A stretch of 64,000 bases of DNA from Eledone cirrhosa (Eukaryota): contig OZ024740.1 in assembly GCA_964016885.1 (NCBI GenBank), positions 187,116,001 to 187,180,000 of the forward strand. The letters run 5' to 3'. Shown here in pieces: positions 40,960 to 54,330 of the stretch. The position numbers and the translations under genes are program-made. Within the stretch, counting starts at the first letter, position 1, and the number at the start of each line of letters is the position of its first letter. The notes below the pieces were generated by a model. The model was not told where the DNA came from and made no database searches. It worked only from the letters and a program-made list of their open reading frames with translations.

Positions 40960-40960
<1 letters not shown>
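40851..40960. repeat. Near-perfect 32-bp hairpin plus a one-sided tail between (TA)n tracts
   Basis: ATAGTCGTTTTGGAAGCTTCAACAATGCAGAT-tt-ATCTGCATTGTTGAGGCTTCCAAAACGACTAT (40851-40916). Confidence 0.85.
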
Positions 40961-40999
<39 letters not shown>

Positions 41000-41000
<1 letters not shown>

Positions 41001-41170
41001 ATAATAGGAAAAAAGGAAAAACAGTAGAAAATGCTAATTGTATTTTCTCATAGAATAACAGCAAAACATTTATTTACAAAAAAGGAATTTATCGTACCAG
41101 TTTCAGCCAAGGGTTGTTGGGCTTCTTCATGCTATGGAAGTGTATAATAAAATTCATGATGGAGTTAAGT

Positions 41171-41214
<44 letters not shown>

Positions 41215-41626
41215 GAGTGAGGGAGAGTAGAACTGGAAACTACACGGAAAATATGTTTAATGAATCTGTTTTTCTTCTTTTCTTTATTGGTCCGTCAAGG
41301 GACATTATTGAAAAAATGCGAGGAACAATCTTTTTTTTAAAAAAGGGAGTTTTCTAATGTATATAAAATATATAAAACATTAATTTGTTTCGATGTATCG
41401 CTGTAATCCATCTTATCAAATATTGAATATTACAATTAAAAAGAATTTAAAAAGAATTAAAACTTTAAAATTTGAAATTAAGTGTGAAGAAGGTCTGTTA
41501 ATTTTTCTTGTTGAGAAGGAAGGAAAAAAGAAAAAAAAGTTGTTTGTCTCATTTTTTCAATATCACTTTGATAGACCAAATAAGAAATTAGCATTTTCTA
41601 CTGTTTTTCCTTTTTTACTATTATAT
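41000..41626 (-). mobile_element. PLE-like insertion with ~40-bp inverted termini and degenerate hammerhead
   Basis: 41000-41039 is inverted at 41586-41625; minus 41135-41090 reads ATGAAGA-AGCC..GGCT-GAAAC-TG-GTA. Confidence 0.55.
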
Positions 41627-41674
41627 ATATATATATCAACTCATGTGTCACTCCTCAAAATTCTAAATATATAT

Positions 41675-41860
41675 CATCATCATCATCACCGTTTTACTTC
41701 TGTTATTCAATGCTAGCATGGGTTAGACGGGTTGTCCTGTTGTGGAACTGATTTTGGGTTGATTTCTACAGCTGGATGCCCTACCTAACACCAACCTCAT
41801 TTACAGTGAGTGCTGGGTGCTTCTTTTCTGTGGCGCCTACACGACCACTTTGCAGTGGAA
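41675..41860 (-). mobile_element. Family R1 copy
   Basis: (CAT)n tail and CTACAGCTGGATGCCCT motif. Confidence 0.75.
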
Positions 41861-41879
41861 TGATAGGGACTCCAGTCCT

Positions 41880-42030
41880 TTCATCTCATTTCTACAGCTG
41901 AGTAAACTGGAGCAATGTGAAATAAAATGTCTTGCTCAAGGAAACAACACATCATCTGGTCCGAGAATTGAACTCACAACCTTTCAATTGCAAGCCCAAT
42001 GCTCTGACCACTAAGCCATGCGCCTTCACA
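41880..42030 (-). mobile_element. tRNA-derived SINE head
   Basis: GAAGGCGCATGGCTTAGTGGTCAGAGC...GTGAGTTCAATTCTCGGACC...CCTTGAGCAAGACA...CTCAGCTGTAGAAATG on the minus strand. Confidence 0.75.
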
Positions 42031-42309
42031 CATATATATATATATATCTATATATATGTATGTGTGTGTTATATGTGAGGCCCACAAAACCTAAACTGTC
42101 CTGAGCCCTCCCAAGATCTAAATATGGTCCTGCATGTATGTGCCCTCATATACCAGCAGCCTCATACTACTCAACAGTTTCAAATATTTATACGACCAAA
42201 AGCTGTCCAAATATTTAGATATATAATATGGTGCATTATCATCATCATCATTGTGAATATTCCTGAGAGGTTCTCTCCACAATTCACAATTTTCCATTGC
42301 TCCTGGCAA

Positions 42310-42455
42310 CTGCTTCCTACTCAGCCTAAAATGAGTACCAGCGATAGCTGGAGGTTTAACCCTGCAATGGAAGGCATCCTATCTAGGGGGAAGTCTTGTA
42401 TTCTTAATCACTTTAGGCCACAGAAACCAGGATAAGTACTGGCCTGATGAGCCTC
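42310..42455 (+). mobile_element. SINE central-domain relic resembling the MetaSINE domain
   Basis: AAATGAGTACC..AACCCTGCAATGGA..CATCCTATCTAGGGGG..CAGAAACCAGGATAAG..GGCCTGATGAGCC; similarity recalled, not aligned. Confidence 0.5.
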
Positions 42456-43394
42456 AGAGGTTGAAAAAGACATCAGACTTTTTTTAGAGTGAGGTGGGGG
42501 AGACTCCAAAGAAATTATGGATCCAAGCCATTAAAAAGACTTACACACTTATTTTTTTTAAAAGCGAGATTGTCTTCTTTTCACAAAGTTAAAATATTTC
42601 ATTCTGTAAAAGTGAGATATATTCTCAGGTATCTTTCAAAACAGAAATAAATATAGTCCTACTCTTAGAATGACAAACAGGGCCCTAGAAGATATAAATA
42701 TATACATATATATATGTTCGTGTATGTGAAATCCCGAAGTAAATCAGGAGGTGACCACTGTTAAAATAAGTACTGTTTCATTCATTAGAAATCATCATGA
42801 AATGAAACAGTTTCAGTCCTGTAGAAGTCATTTTCACAATAATATATATATATATATATTATCAATATATTCATGATAATGTTTGTCATCATCATCGCGA
42901 TGTATTTTATGTGAAAAGAAAACTCTAATGCTCTGATATATCATCACAAATTCCTAAGGCATAAAGATAAAATAATGTCTAAAGAATTTATGAAAATAAG
43001 ATTTCTTTTCATTTCAAATGTTACAGCTACCAAGTGGATTAGGTAAAATAAGTTTATCCGAAATAGCTTTGAAATAAATATACTCAGCAAAATATACAGT
43101 GTATTATTATTATTACTATTATTGCTGCTGTTTTTGCAGTTGTTATACATATATATATATACACATGTTCCTTTTGGCTTGTAGACAATTTGATTATCAA
43201 GGGAAGCATGATATTTCAGAGCTGGTTCAAGTAATAGATCCATAACTTGAAAATGTAAATATAAATGTTATACAAACAGAAAGAGAGAGAGACACCACCA
43301 CAATCACCAGCAGCAACAATAATGACAAGAAGAAAATAGTGCATACAAATAATTTGACTATATACAGTAGATATCTATACACACACACACATAT

Positions 43395-43455
<61 letters not shown>

Positions 43456-44704
43456 CCAAAAGAACTTTATTTTTTACTTGAGAAAAACAAACACAATCTT
43501 CATAGGAAAATGGGATACAAAAGAATATTGGCATATTACCTGTTCTATAATTTTGTTTTATTTTAGTATGATTGGACAACTTCAGGGATGTTCTATTTGA
43601 AGATCATTAAATTAGTGTTAATATACATGCACTCTCTGCAATACTGTGCATATTTTACAGAGACCTATATAGTGTGGCATGCAAAACATAGCTAAAGGCT
43701 GTATCTGAGGTAAAATTGTACATGTATAAATATTATTTTTCAATCCAATACTACAACTGAATAAGCAAACAAATTAATATTTTTCCACATTTTTAATTTA
43801 ATCAAGTATTAAATAAAAGAGATGTATCACACACACAAATATAAATATATGTGGGTATGTGCACATATTTCAGATATACATATACATTATGTATACATAC
43901 ATATAAAATGCATATATATATATATATGTTCATATAGCTACATATAGATGCATATAGATGCATATATATATATATTTGTATATACATACATATATAGGCA
44001 TAAATATACCAACATGATAATGATGATGATGATATATATATACATGCATATAAATATATGCATGCATATATTTTTTATAGAGCTGTGTGGTTAAGAAGTT
44101 CTTTTTGCAAGCATATGTTTCTAGGTTTGATCTGTCTGTGTGGTACTCTTAGGAGTGAAATTTTGTTCATAATTATTGTTAAGGCCCATCAGACATATGT
44201 ATCATCATCATCATCACCATTTAATGTCCAATCTCCCTGATAGCAAGGTTTGAAGACCAAATCTGTATTGGAGTGGAGCTACTAACCTGTAAGTTTGATT
44301 GGAGGCCTGCATCCTAATTACATATTTTCCCACTCTAGCAAATGATCAGATGTTCCAGGGGCCCCCATCTGACATAAGTCCCTGCAGCACTAAGCAGGTT
44401 GCCTTGCCTTTGAAACAGCTGAAGGGTCCTTATGACATTTTGTTTGGCAGGTTTAATACAGCTGAATTCCCTTCCCATCACCAACCACTTTACAGGGTGT
44501 ACTGGGTGTATTTATCACGCAGTCAACCAATATTAGAGACTATTATATAAAGTTATGTTTTAGCTAAAAATGTGCACTCACTAAGGGAGGAGAAAAAACC
44601 TACTCAATATGCAATGTAAAGTTAGTTTATTAGAATCTGAAAACTTCACTAACCATTTCGCCAAGTTTCATATTTCCTATGTTTTAAAGGTGGTTCTATC
44701 TTTC

Positions 44705-44845
44705 ACTAGGCAAATTGGCAGAATCGTTAGAACATTGGATTTGTTCTACCTCTGTGTTCTCTGAGTTCAAATCCTGGCGAGGTCAACTTTGCCTTTCATT
44801 CTTTCGAGGTCAATAAAAAAGTATCAGCCTGGTACCGGGGTTGAT
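44705..44845 (+). mobile_element. SINE family S1-related copy
   Basis: TTGGCAGAATCGTTAG...GAGTTCAAATCCTGGCGAGGTCAACTTTGCCTTTCAT. Confidence 0.75.
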
Positions 44846-47800
44846 ACTTCCTCTATGTCTCTTTCCCACTTCTTCTCTCTTATTTTCTATCCTTCTCTGG
44901 AAGACCTGGAGCGGGATGGGCTCCGCCTGGCTTAAAATGTCCAAGAAATACTGTAACTCACTACAGTGCTCCTATGATTCCATCAGGAGTTACAGGACTA
45001 TACCATACCATATCTACTTTCCACTCTCATTAATTTTCCTTTGAAACATCTTTAAGGTTAATATAATACTACTATTGATATATTCAGCTAATAATCTCTT
45101 GATGATGGTGTCCCATTTTGGCTACACTCTAATTATTGAAACTAGTTAAAGACTTGAAGAAAACAAATACAATTCAATCAATGACGTTATTGTTCAACTG
45201 ACTTTTATTTAAGGTGGTGCTTTTATCAGATTTTTTTTTCATATATCTATCTATTTACAGGTCTTCAACAAGTCAATCAGTGATTTACTGCATTTCCAAT
45301 GATGAGGTGGACAATTCTGTGTGTGTGAGACTGTATGCATCTGTGTGCATGCAAAAGTGTGGGTGTGTAATTCAGTCAGGCCAGAACATAATTTTGTTCA
45401 GTGCACTAGTTTATCAGCAAATTTCATACTGATGTACATAAATCTTTTTTCTGATATATATACATACATATAGAGAGATATACACAAGAGTTCAGCACAG
45501 TTTCTCTCCACTAAATTTCCTTCGCAAAGTAAAGAGGATGAGCTAGAAGACACTTTTCCAAGTTGAAACATAGTGGGATTGAATGCAGCACCATATGGTT
45601 ATGAAGTTAACATTTTAACCACACAGCCATGCACACAGATTTATTGGATTTTGCTTCAACCACTAACTAGGAATTGTATCAGAATACTTGTATCTGTGTC
45701 GATATCTGTCTGAACTTCAATCAAATTCTTGATGATATTTATTATTAGATATTTTTCCTTTTTTTATATTATAGTAATTATAATATTCATTTCACTGTGT
45801 AATTGAAATGTTAAATTTACTTTGGTGTTCAGTTGGTTGCAATTCTACTATCTCTTATAAGGATTGAAGTTAGTTTGAGGAAATTTCAGATCTCTGAATA
45901 CAGATATATACATATATATGTATTCATTTAATTTATAACTAAGGTTCTAACTGAAATGCATTTGCCAGTCTATCAAGCAATGCCTAATTTTAGTAATGTG
46001 TTCCAACTTCAACATTTTATCAAGTTAAACTAATGAAAATGAGAAAATGAATGCTAAACACAACAAATTCTCTATTTCTTATTGTTATTTGGAGTGCTTT
46101 AAACAGAAAAAACATTTTCAAGCATACATTTTTGTCTAACAAAGAAAAACAAATCAAAAAGTTTTAGAAACTTTGGTACTTTTTGTTTTCACTCAACTAA
46201 TTCTGAAATAGTTTCACATATATTCCTTCTTCAGTCTATGTTTGCATGGAAACATGTATGTTGAGAAAAAAAAGAATCAAAATAGAAAGTCAGTATTTTT
46301 AATGGCAAATAGAAGATTTCTTTAGGCCAACTTTCTTTTTGTGTGTTTTACAGATGGCTCTAATAGTTCTCTTCTCAAAGACATAGCCATTAGTGTTTAA
46401 CTATTAATGACATGAATGTCTTCAGAGAAAAATAAAAAGGTTTTTCAGTTTTTCTTTGTTTTTTTTTTTGTTGGATATTTTTAAGAGATGAAACTAAAAG
46501 CACAATGTTATATGAATGCATTATTGACTGAACTCAACATGAAATTAAACATATCTTCTAGATTTGGGAAGCTATATGATACATTGTCTAATTTATGCAT
46601 TGTATAGTATAAGTAGTTGTTACTGAGTAGTTCTGATGAAGTATATATTCACATTACAAACAATAGATATGTAATATCATTATTAGTGATTTTAGGAACA
46701 TAAAGCTTTTTTAATATTAATATTTTGCTGATGTACGTTTTACCATTTTAAATGGATTAAATGATAAGCAGCAATTATATAAGTTCTCGTTTGACTAACA
46801 TGTAACAAAATTATCAATTTTCAACATTTTACTTTTGTACAAAGGCAGATAATGTAACATGATGATGATAAATATTTACCAAAGCACTACATAATTTGGT
46901 TAACTCCTAACATTCTGTATCACATGAAATTACATTAGCAAGACATTCTTGAAACAAACAAAACAACACTATGATTGCATCACATTAAAAAGTATTTAAT
47001 TGACAGCAAATTTTCACAACAATATGTCCACTAGTAAAGATACTATAAGCATTTGAATTAACACAACTGTTGTTATATAGTTTCTACTAAATTATTACTG
47101 GATGTTCAGAATTAAATTAGAGTATTATTATACTTAATGTGGGGAGCATTAAAAGCTGGAAATAATCTAAGTTAATGAACAATCAATAATTAACATTTTA
47201 ATTATTTCGGCAAGTATGGAAGAAAACATGGGACATGTGACGGAATATTTAACATTGTGTTTCATTTTATATTTGACTTAATATAATGTGAATGTTGATG
47301 ATTTTATTTTTTTTATTTTAGCTTTTTTATACATAACTTTCATTTATGCATTTCGTTTCATGTGACTCTGGTCTTGCTTGGTTCAGTACGCTGTTTTATT
47401 TTATTTCCTGGATTGAATATAAGGATCAATCTATACATTATCCTATTATCTTTCTTTCAGTTCTATCACCTGTAAATCATTTTGGAGACTCGATTCAAAC
47501 AAATATTATTTGAAGTCTAAGTGTCATCTAAGTTTAGCTTTTATTCTTGACTAAAATGCACCTAGCCAACTGGATGATCAAGTGACAGGTAGTTAGATGG
47601 TTGACATATCTAAGTTGAAATCCTTTCAGAATACAAGAGGAAGCAACCTGGGAAGAATTTGACTTAGCTAGCTAAGAAGTAAAAGACCTTCAGAGATATC
47701 TTATCAAAGATATTCTATTACTGCCTCTTAAGCTGGTTAATAGAAGAAAGAATTGACTTTTTCAGGAGTTCATATTATAATTCTTCATTCCCGTTTTTCT

Positions 47801-49841
47801 ACTTCTTACAATGCCACAACAGTGAAATGGTTTTACGTCTTCAAAAGCAATATTTTGTGTAGAACATTCTGTGAAATATTCCTTTCGTGGTTTCAATGAA
47901 GTTTCTGTAGTTTTGCTGCTTTGTAGTTCATTTATTGTAGTTTAAATTAAAGTTGTGGCTTTCATTGGTTAGCAATAACTTCAGATTGAAATTAGATGCA
48001 CGTAAATATTTCCCTTTCACATCATTGATAACATAGTTGGTTTCTTGCTTGGTTAGATCCATTAATAGAAATATATGATAGCATCACCTCATTTGAAATT
48101 TGAATGTGATATAGAGTCAATTTTTATTGACTGTTTTGTCAGTCTAAGAAGAAAAGTCTTCAAGTATAAAACATTTCCAATGAATAATATTAGCATTTCA
48201 AGCATGTTCTCTAAGAATTGAGCATATGGGCTATGGAATTAACTGTTTATTCTATTTCCATTCAAAAGACAATGACAGTTTATTTTCAATACTTAGTCAT
48301 GAGGACAATAGGTGACATGTATTTTCAATGGCCCTCCTTCCCACTGCAGACACATTAGAGAGAGAAAGAGAGGGAAAGGGGGAGACTCTCAGGACAGATT
48401 ACCAGTAAGACAAGAAATCAGAAGAGTCTTTTCTCTCCCCATTGTGTTCCACCTTGTGAAAGTGATAATATACACATGATTTCCCTTGAAAATTAAAAAA
48501 TTCTCAAAATGTGGGTGTTAGTACAGAAATAAGAAGAAACAAGATTATTACCATGCATACTTAAATGATGCTGAATTCTGTTCATTTATTGATTGTCTCT
48601 ATTAATGCACACTTCATAAATAAATGAAGACCCGTAAGTATATGTAGCATACATATTTATATGTAGATATTCATGGACACACTGAAGTGAGAAACACAGG
48701 ACATAAACACTTATTGTATGCATTCTTATTTATAAATCATTAAAATATGAATATTGCCATCATCAACATCATCCTCATGAATGCTATTAACCTATTTGCA
48801 TGGTGACATGTCAGTACTTTTATTCACTTGCATAAGTTGAATGAAGCCTTGACACAACACTGGTATAGTCATGGTTGCATGGTTAAGATGTTTACTTAGC
48901 AACCACATGCCCAGCAACTTAGCTAAGTGTCTTTTATTTCAGCAAAGTTAAACCAATGCCTTATGAGTGGACTCTGGTAGGTGGATGCGTACTTTTGTCT
49001 GAAAATGTCATATTCCATTTCTCCCCAGTCTACAAACATATCTAAACTCATATGCTTCACTGTATAATTTTACTTGAAGCAACCAACAACCAAGTCACTT
49101 AGATGCATGCATCACATTATTATCAAAACTGTTTAATTATTATCAAGTCTGTGTCATCACTTTATTATCAAAACTGTTTAATGCCTATTTTCCATGCATG
49201 TATGGGTTAGACAGGCTGTCATAGACTGAAGCTAAACTGGTCAGCTGACTATGTTTTACTTGTATGTGCCATTTTCAACCTGGTCTCTATAGCCGGATGC
49301 CTTTCTTAATACCAACTACTTTACAATATGAACTGGGAAAATTTTATTGTGACTTTGGCACTACAATGTTAGAGGAAGTATATATATATATTCCCCAAAA
49401 TAGATGACATGCTTTTTCTCCCCAAAACGTTTTTCTGTTTCTTCCTTTCCTCAATCCCCTCTATCTTTCTAATGAAGGACTAATGTTCAAAATGTTAAGA
49501 CTATTTTCCTACTATAACAATATATTAGCTTAATGCTTGATATAGTAGGGACACACCACTGGAACGAATCTGGTTCAGTTTGTTAATGATGCTGTGAAGT
49601 GGTAGTGCTAGAGCCACTGTAAAAGTAACCAGTCCATTTTGTAAAATAGTAGTACCAACATTATAAAATGAACCCAGCCATCTCTGTAAAGTGATAGTAC
49701 CAGAATCGTAACAAAAGACACACAATATATGCTGTAAAATGGTTGGTCTTAGGAAGAGCATACAACTATAGAAACCATGTCAAATTGAGAAAGATGTGGT
49801 CATCCAATATACCTAGTCTCATTCAAAATGGGCATAAAATG

Positions 49842-49895
<54 letters not shown>

Positions 49896-49896
<1 letters not shown>

Positions 49897-50943
49897 TAGC
49901 AGAGGTACCCGGCGTTACTCGGGTATTAAATAGCAGTTGTGTATACCATTTATTTCAATACTTCAGTGGTACTTCGAAAACTATACTTTTACAAAATCAT
50001 TGGCTTTTTCCAAAAGAGGGTTCCTGACCCCAGTGGTCCCCTACTCAATATGTGCCAATTCTGAAATTTCACATTCTTCTGTAGGACAAACGTAGCCCAT
50101 GTGTCAAGTTTTGTGAAAATAGGTTGCGAACTCCAGAAGTTATGACGTTTTGTTGTATTTCAACAACTTCAGTCGACTCAAAGGAAGTGGTTAAAGGGGG
50201 TTATCTGCCGGGAGGCCCTATAATCAATATCTGTAAAAATGAAAGTGCCCATGACCATCCGGAGTACATAAGTAACATATGTCTTAAGTTTTGGTGAAAA
50301 TACTGTAGAAATGCATCAGGTTTATACATGCGCGCGCTCGTGTGTGTGGGGGGGGAGCGGGGTATGTATTTGTGTGTGCGTATGTATGCGTATGTCCGTA
50401 GGGGCATACGTATGTACTGGCCTAAATCTTCACTATTTACTTTTACTATTTTAATAACCTCTGTCATTTTCGTTTTCAATTTTATTTACATCATTCTTAA
50501 ACTCCGGGGCTGGAAATCATTCTGTTATGTTAACGACTCCATTTATACCATAAACTTGGTCTTGTCTTTGCATGAAATTGTTCTTCATGCTCCACATAAC
50601 GACGTATTATTCTCGCTTTGTTTTCCATTCATTGCCAGGGAACGTCTTCATGAACCAAAATATCGTCTTCCTGTTTTCGTTCGGTTGGAACGTTTCTCGA
50701 AATATTTACTTCTGCATTCACAGATTACTCTCAGTTCAATTTGAATGGGTAATTCCTGTTTCATCGATTTTCTCCGTAACCATGGAAGCTTGTACCCTAA
50801 AAGTCGACCCAACACCTCCTCGGGTCATTCTGCATAACTGTGTAAATTTTCGCTGCATTTCACCAAGCCGTTTAGACGTTTATCCGACTACACCTACTTA
50901 CTTAAATATACAATGTCCGACCACTTCCAATTTATATAATAGA
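49896..50943 (-). mobile_element. Non-autonomous Helitron
   Basis: Minus strand starts TC (50943), ends CTAG (49896), has a subterminal hairpin TACCCG-8nt-CGGGTA (49906-49925), sits between A and T in (TA)n and has a CpG-rich body. Confidence 0.85.
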
Positions 50944-53019
50944 TATATAAAGAAAGAGAGAATGAGAGAGAAGGGGGAGGGCAATAAAATATGTGTAGGT
51001 GTATCTTTTCTTGATGTATATGAGAGAGAAAACAAAAATGGCAATCCCTTAACCAATTTCCTTGTTAACTATCCTAGATAATATTAATCAGGGCCCTTTA
51101 TCCTCTAAGTTGCTACTTGTCTTCTGTCACGGATGCTCTGTACACCCCAGATAACTTATGAGAGAGAGAGAGCGAGAGAGAATCTTTCCTTTCATAGATT
51201 TCAAATAACAATTGATTATTCCTAACAAGATTACTAGCTTAACAACCCAAGTTCATTACTAATTTATATCACACTATGTCACAATTTGATACCAGTCTCA
51301 TCTTCAGTATTTTGTTGTTATTATAAGAAGTCAATTTTGACTTACTTATAATACAATCTATCTGTGATGAAAGTAAATAAATTTTATTTCATGAATCAAA
51401 TACACACTATAAAATTACATCTAACAAATTATTAATGAGTTGTTTTGAAATAATTTTCCCCTGAGAAAGTAGTGAGAATATTTTATCACATCATAGGTCA
51501 GAGTTATATAAATTTAGACCTTGCATCAATCTTTCCACCATAATTGAATGGACTGTTTATGAAATCTATTTGCTGCAGAAAGTGAAGAGTAAAATGAACT
51601 TGCTTTAAATTCTTCTAGCTATTCCTATTACTTAATGAATCAATAAATTTAAACCAAAATAGCCAGATTATTTTGGTGAAGCATAGAGCATGGAATTATT
51701 TTTGATACTTAACTACAATATTATATAGATTGAAAAATATAAAGCAAACTCAAAGAAAATTATTAACAGCCTGAAAAGACCAATGAATTTCACTTCAGCG
51801 AATTCTGGATTAAATATCCTTTATAAATATAGTGGGGAAAACAATTAACTAAACATCAAATTATCAAAACAAAAAAAAACATAGTAAACTAAACCATATT
51901 GTACATGATCACTTAATCTATTAGAGATAGCAGCCAAATATCCCTCGAATCACACCCTGCTATCTTGGAAAATAAATAGAGATATTAAATAGTTAGATAA
52001 CACCTACTTATAAAAAGAGCAAATGTAATGAGCAAATGAGAGAGCCTCTACAGCTCCGCATCTGTTAGAAAGAGCAACCAAATCACCTTCAATCATACCT
52101 TGACATCTTAAGAAAGAAATAGGCACATTAGATAATTTAGTTCCATTATTTTAGCGTTTGCTTTCCCTGCTAGGATGGGTTGAACAGGTCTACATAGACC
52201 AAGTCTGTACTGAAGCAGGACTACTGATTTCCATGACAGGCCAGGAATTGTTCATACTATTAAAAAGATAGGATGGGATAAGATGGTCATAACTGAAATG
52301 GCTTTGAACATAGGTCTGCTCAATCAGTATTGACCTGGGCTCAACAATTTCAACAACACAAACGAGATGGAACAAAGTAAATGAAATAATTTCTCTTTAA
52401 TCCTTTTTTGTTTTGTTTTATCCATAGATACCAAGTACCATTATTGAATTGTATCTTAGCATAAGGGACTGTACACACTGGAATTCAGTTTCTTTTGGCA
52501 GTATTAAGTATTCCAATAATCTTCTGAATAAATCTTTATCTTTTGATTAAAAAGAGAAGAATTCAATTCTGTTTCTTTTCTAAGTCTAGAATGAAAGAGA
52601 TTGCGATACCTAGGTCAGATTAATGGGGCTTTATGTAGAATTGAAATGCTACACTGTTGATTAACTATTTGATAAAAACACAGAGAAACATGTAATTCCA
52701 GAGGGAAGGAATTTGGGGGTAGTAAGAATTGAACAACGTTACACTTAGGATCAGGAATGGTAGTGAATGTGGGAGAAACAAAGTAAAGAAAGTGGTTATC
52801 AATATGACTGAAGGAAAATACCACAGGAGAGTGTTCTGCATGCTAAATACAAATAGAGTAAGATCTTTTTTACCCACACATTCCTGAGTGGGTCATGGGG
52901 GCAGAGTCCTCCAACACTCTTTCCAGCAGATCTTGTCAGAAGCAACTGTCTCCAATTAATTATACTGGATCCCCAAGTGAGACTAACTGAGTTCATGACT
53001 GTTATCCAACCATCTTGCT

Positions 53020-53441
53020 CAAAGTCTACCTCTGAGTCTCCTGCCAGTTGGTTTTGCCACTAAAATCTGTCCAACAATTCTTTCCTGAAACAGTTTAATC
53101 ACATGCCTGTAATATCGGAACAGTGGTCTCTCAATTTGGAGAAGTATCAGTTCTAGCTGGAGTGACACTCTGATCTCCGAACTATGCACTCTATAGAGTA
53201 ACGTTACCCCAAAGTCCTTTAGGAACACCATTTCCACTGCTTGTATTCATGATTGCGTTCTTTCAGTCATTACCCAAGATTCATGACTACAGGTAAGAGT
53301 TAGCACAGATACGAAATTGAAGATATCAAGTTTGGCTTTTACACTCATCTCTCTTCTGCTAAGTAAATGTTGAAGCTGGCACTTTACTGCAGCAACTCCT
53401 GCAATTATTGTACTTAATTCAGCCTCCTGTCTTCCATTCAC
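53020..53441 (-). mobile_element. RTE LINE RT C-terminal fragment
   Basis: ORFs give EMSVKAKLDIFNFVSVLTLTCSHESWVMTER and FRYYRHVIKL...KPTGRRLRGR. Confidence 0.8.
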
Positions 53442-54129
53442 TTGGCCAGCTTCAACAGTTTTAAATTTAAACAGCTAGTTTGAAGAGAACAAGTATTCAA
53501 AACGCTTGAATGGCTTTGGAGCTACTCAAACTTTTACAAGTATTATCTCATATATTGTCATAATGGTTGTAATTATTTTAGCTGAAAAACAAAACAATAA
53601 TAACTCACTGCTTTTGCTCAGAATTCATTTCATTGTCTAATTCAAAACTCCATTTTTTCCCAGTTTTGAACTTTGTTCTTTATGCTTAAATTATCATTAA
53701 TCCAGCTTGAATTTTCACTGAAGCAGTAAACAAAATTAGCAATATATCAATCGTAAAAAGATAAATTGTGTATTTCATTATTTTATTTTTATCTAAAATG
53801 CATGGATTATTTAATGAAATATAGTAGTAACCATCACTTATAAAAGAATTGTTTGGTGTTAAATGCCCGAGCATATTTAAAAGGGAGGAATTAGTCTCAG
53901 GTAGTTAATAATTGTTTTCAATAAACCAAATTCATGAGTTGTTTGGGAAACAATGTGTCAGAGTGTGTATTATTAAAGAGATATTAGTATTATATGGCTG
54001 TTAGTTGCCAGAGTTATGAGGACATCAGAAAAGAATATGTTGAGTTCAAGTCACCACTCCATACTCATCCCTTTGAGGTCAACTTTGCTTTTCATCTTTT
54101 TGGGGGTCAATATATGGGATTAATTTAAG

Positions 54130-54330
54130 AGGGCATTGGACTGGCAGTATAGATTGAACATCGGACAACATATGTTGTGGCATAGAGCTAAGTCCCTTTA
54201 CATTCTGTATTCAAATCCCGTCGAGTTTTGCTTTGCCTTCATCCTTATGGGGTGGATAAAATAAAGTATCAGTAATGCACTGAGGTCAATTTAATTGACT
54301 TACCTCTCCCCCAAATTGTTGGCCTTAATC
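54130..54330 (+). mobile_element. SINE family S1-related copy
   Basis: TTCAAATCCCGTCGAG..TTTGCCTT.CATCCTTATGGGG..ATAAAATAAAGTATCAG. Confidence 0.7.

Noticed and set aside
43160-43250. MDLLLEPALKYHASLDNQIVYKPKGT as a coding exon
   Set aside because: Weak donor, runs into low-complexity sequence and no recognisable homology
50328-51081. 138-aa and 169-aa ORFs in the Helitron as RepHel protein
   Set aside because: No Rep or helicase motifs; one ORF crosses the element boundary
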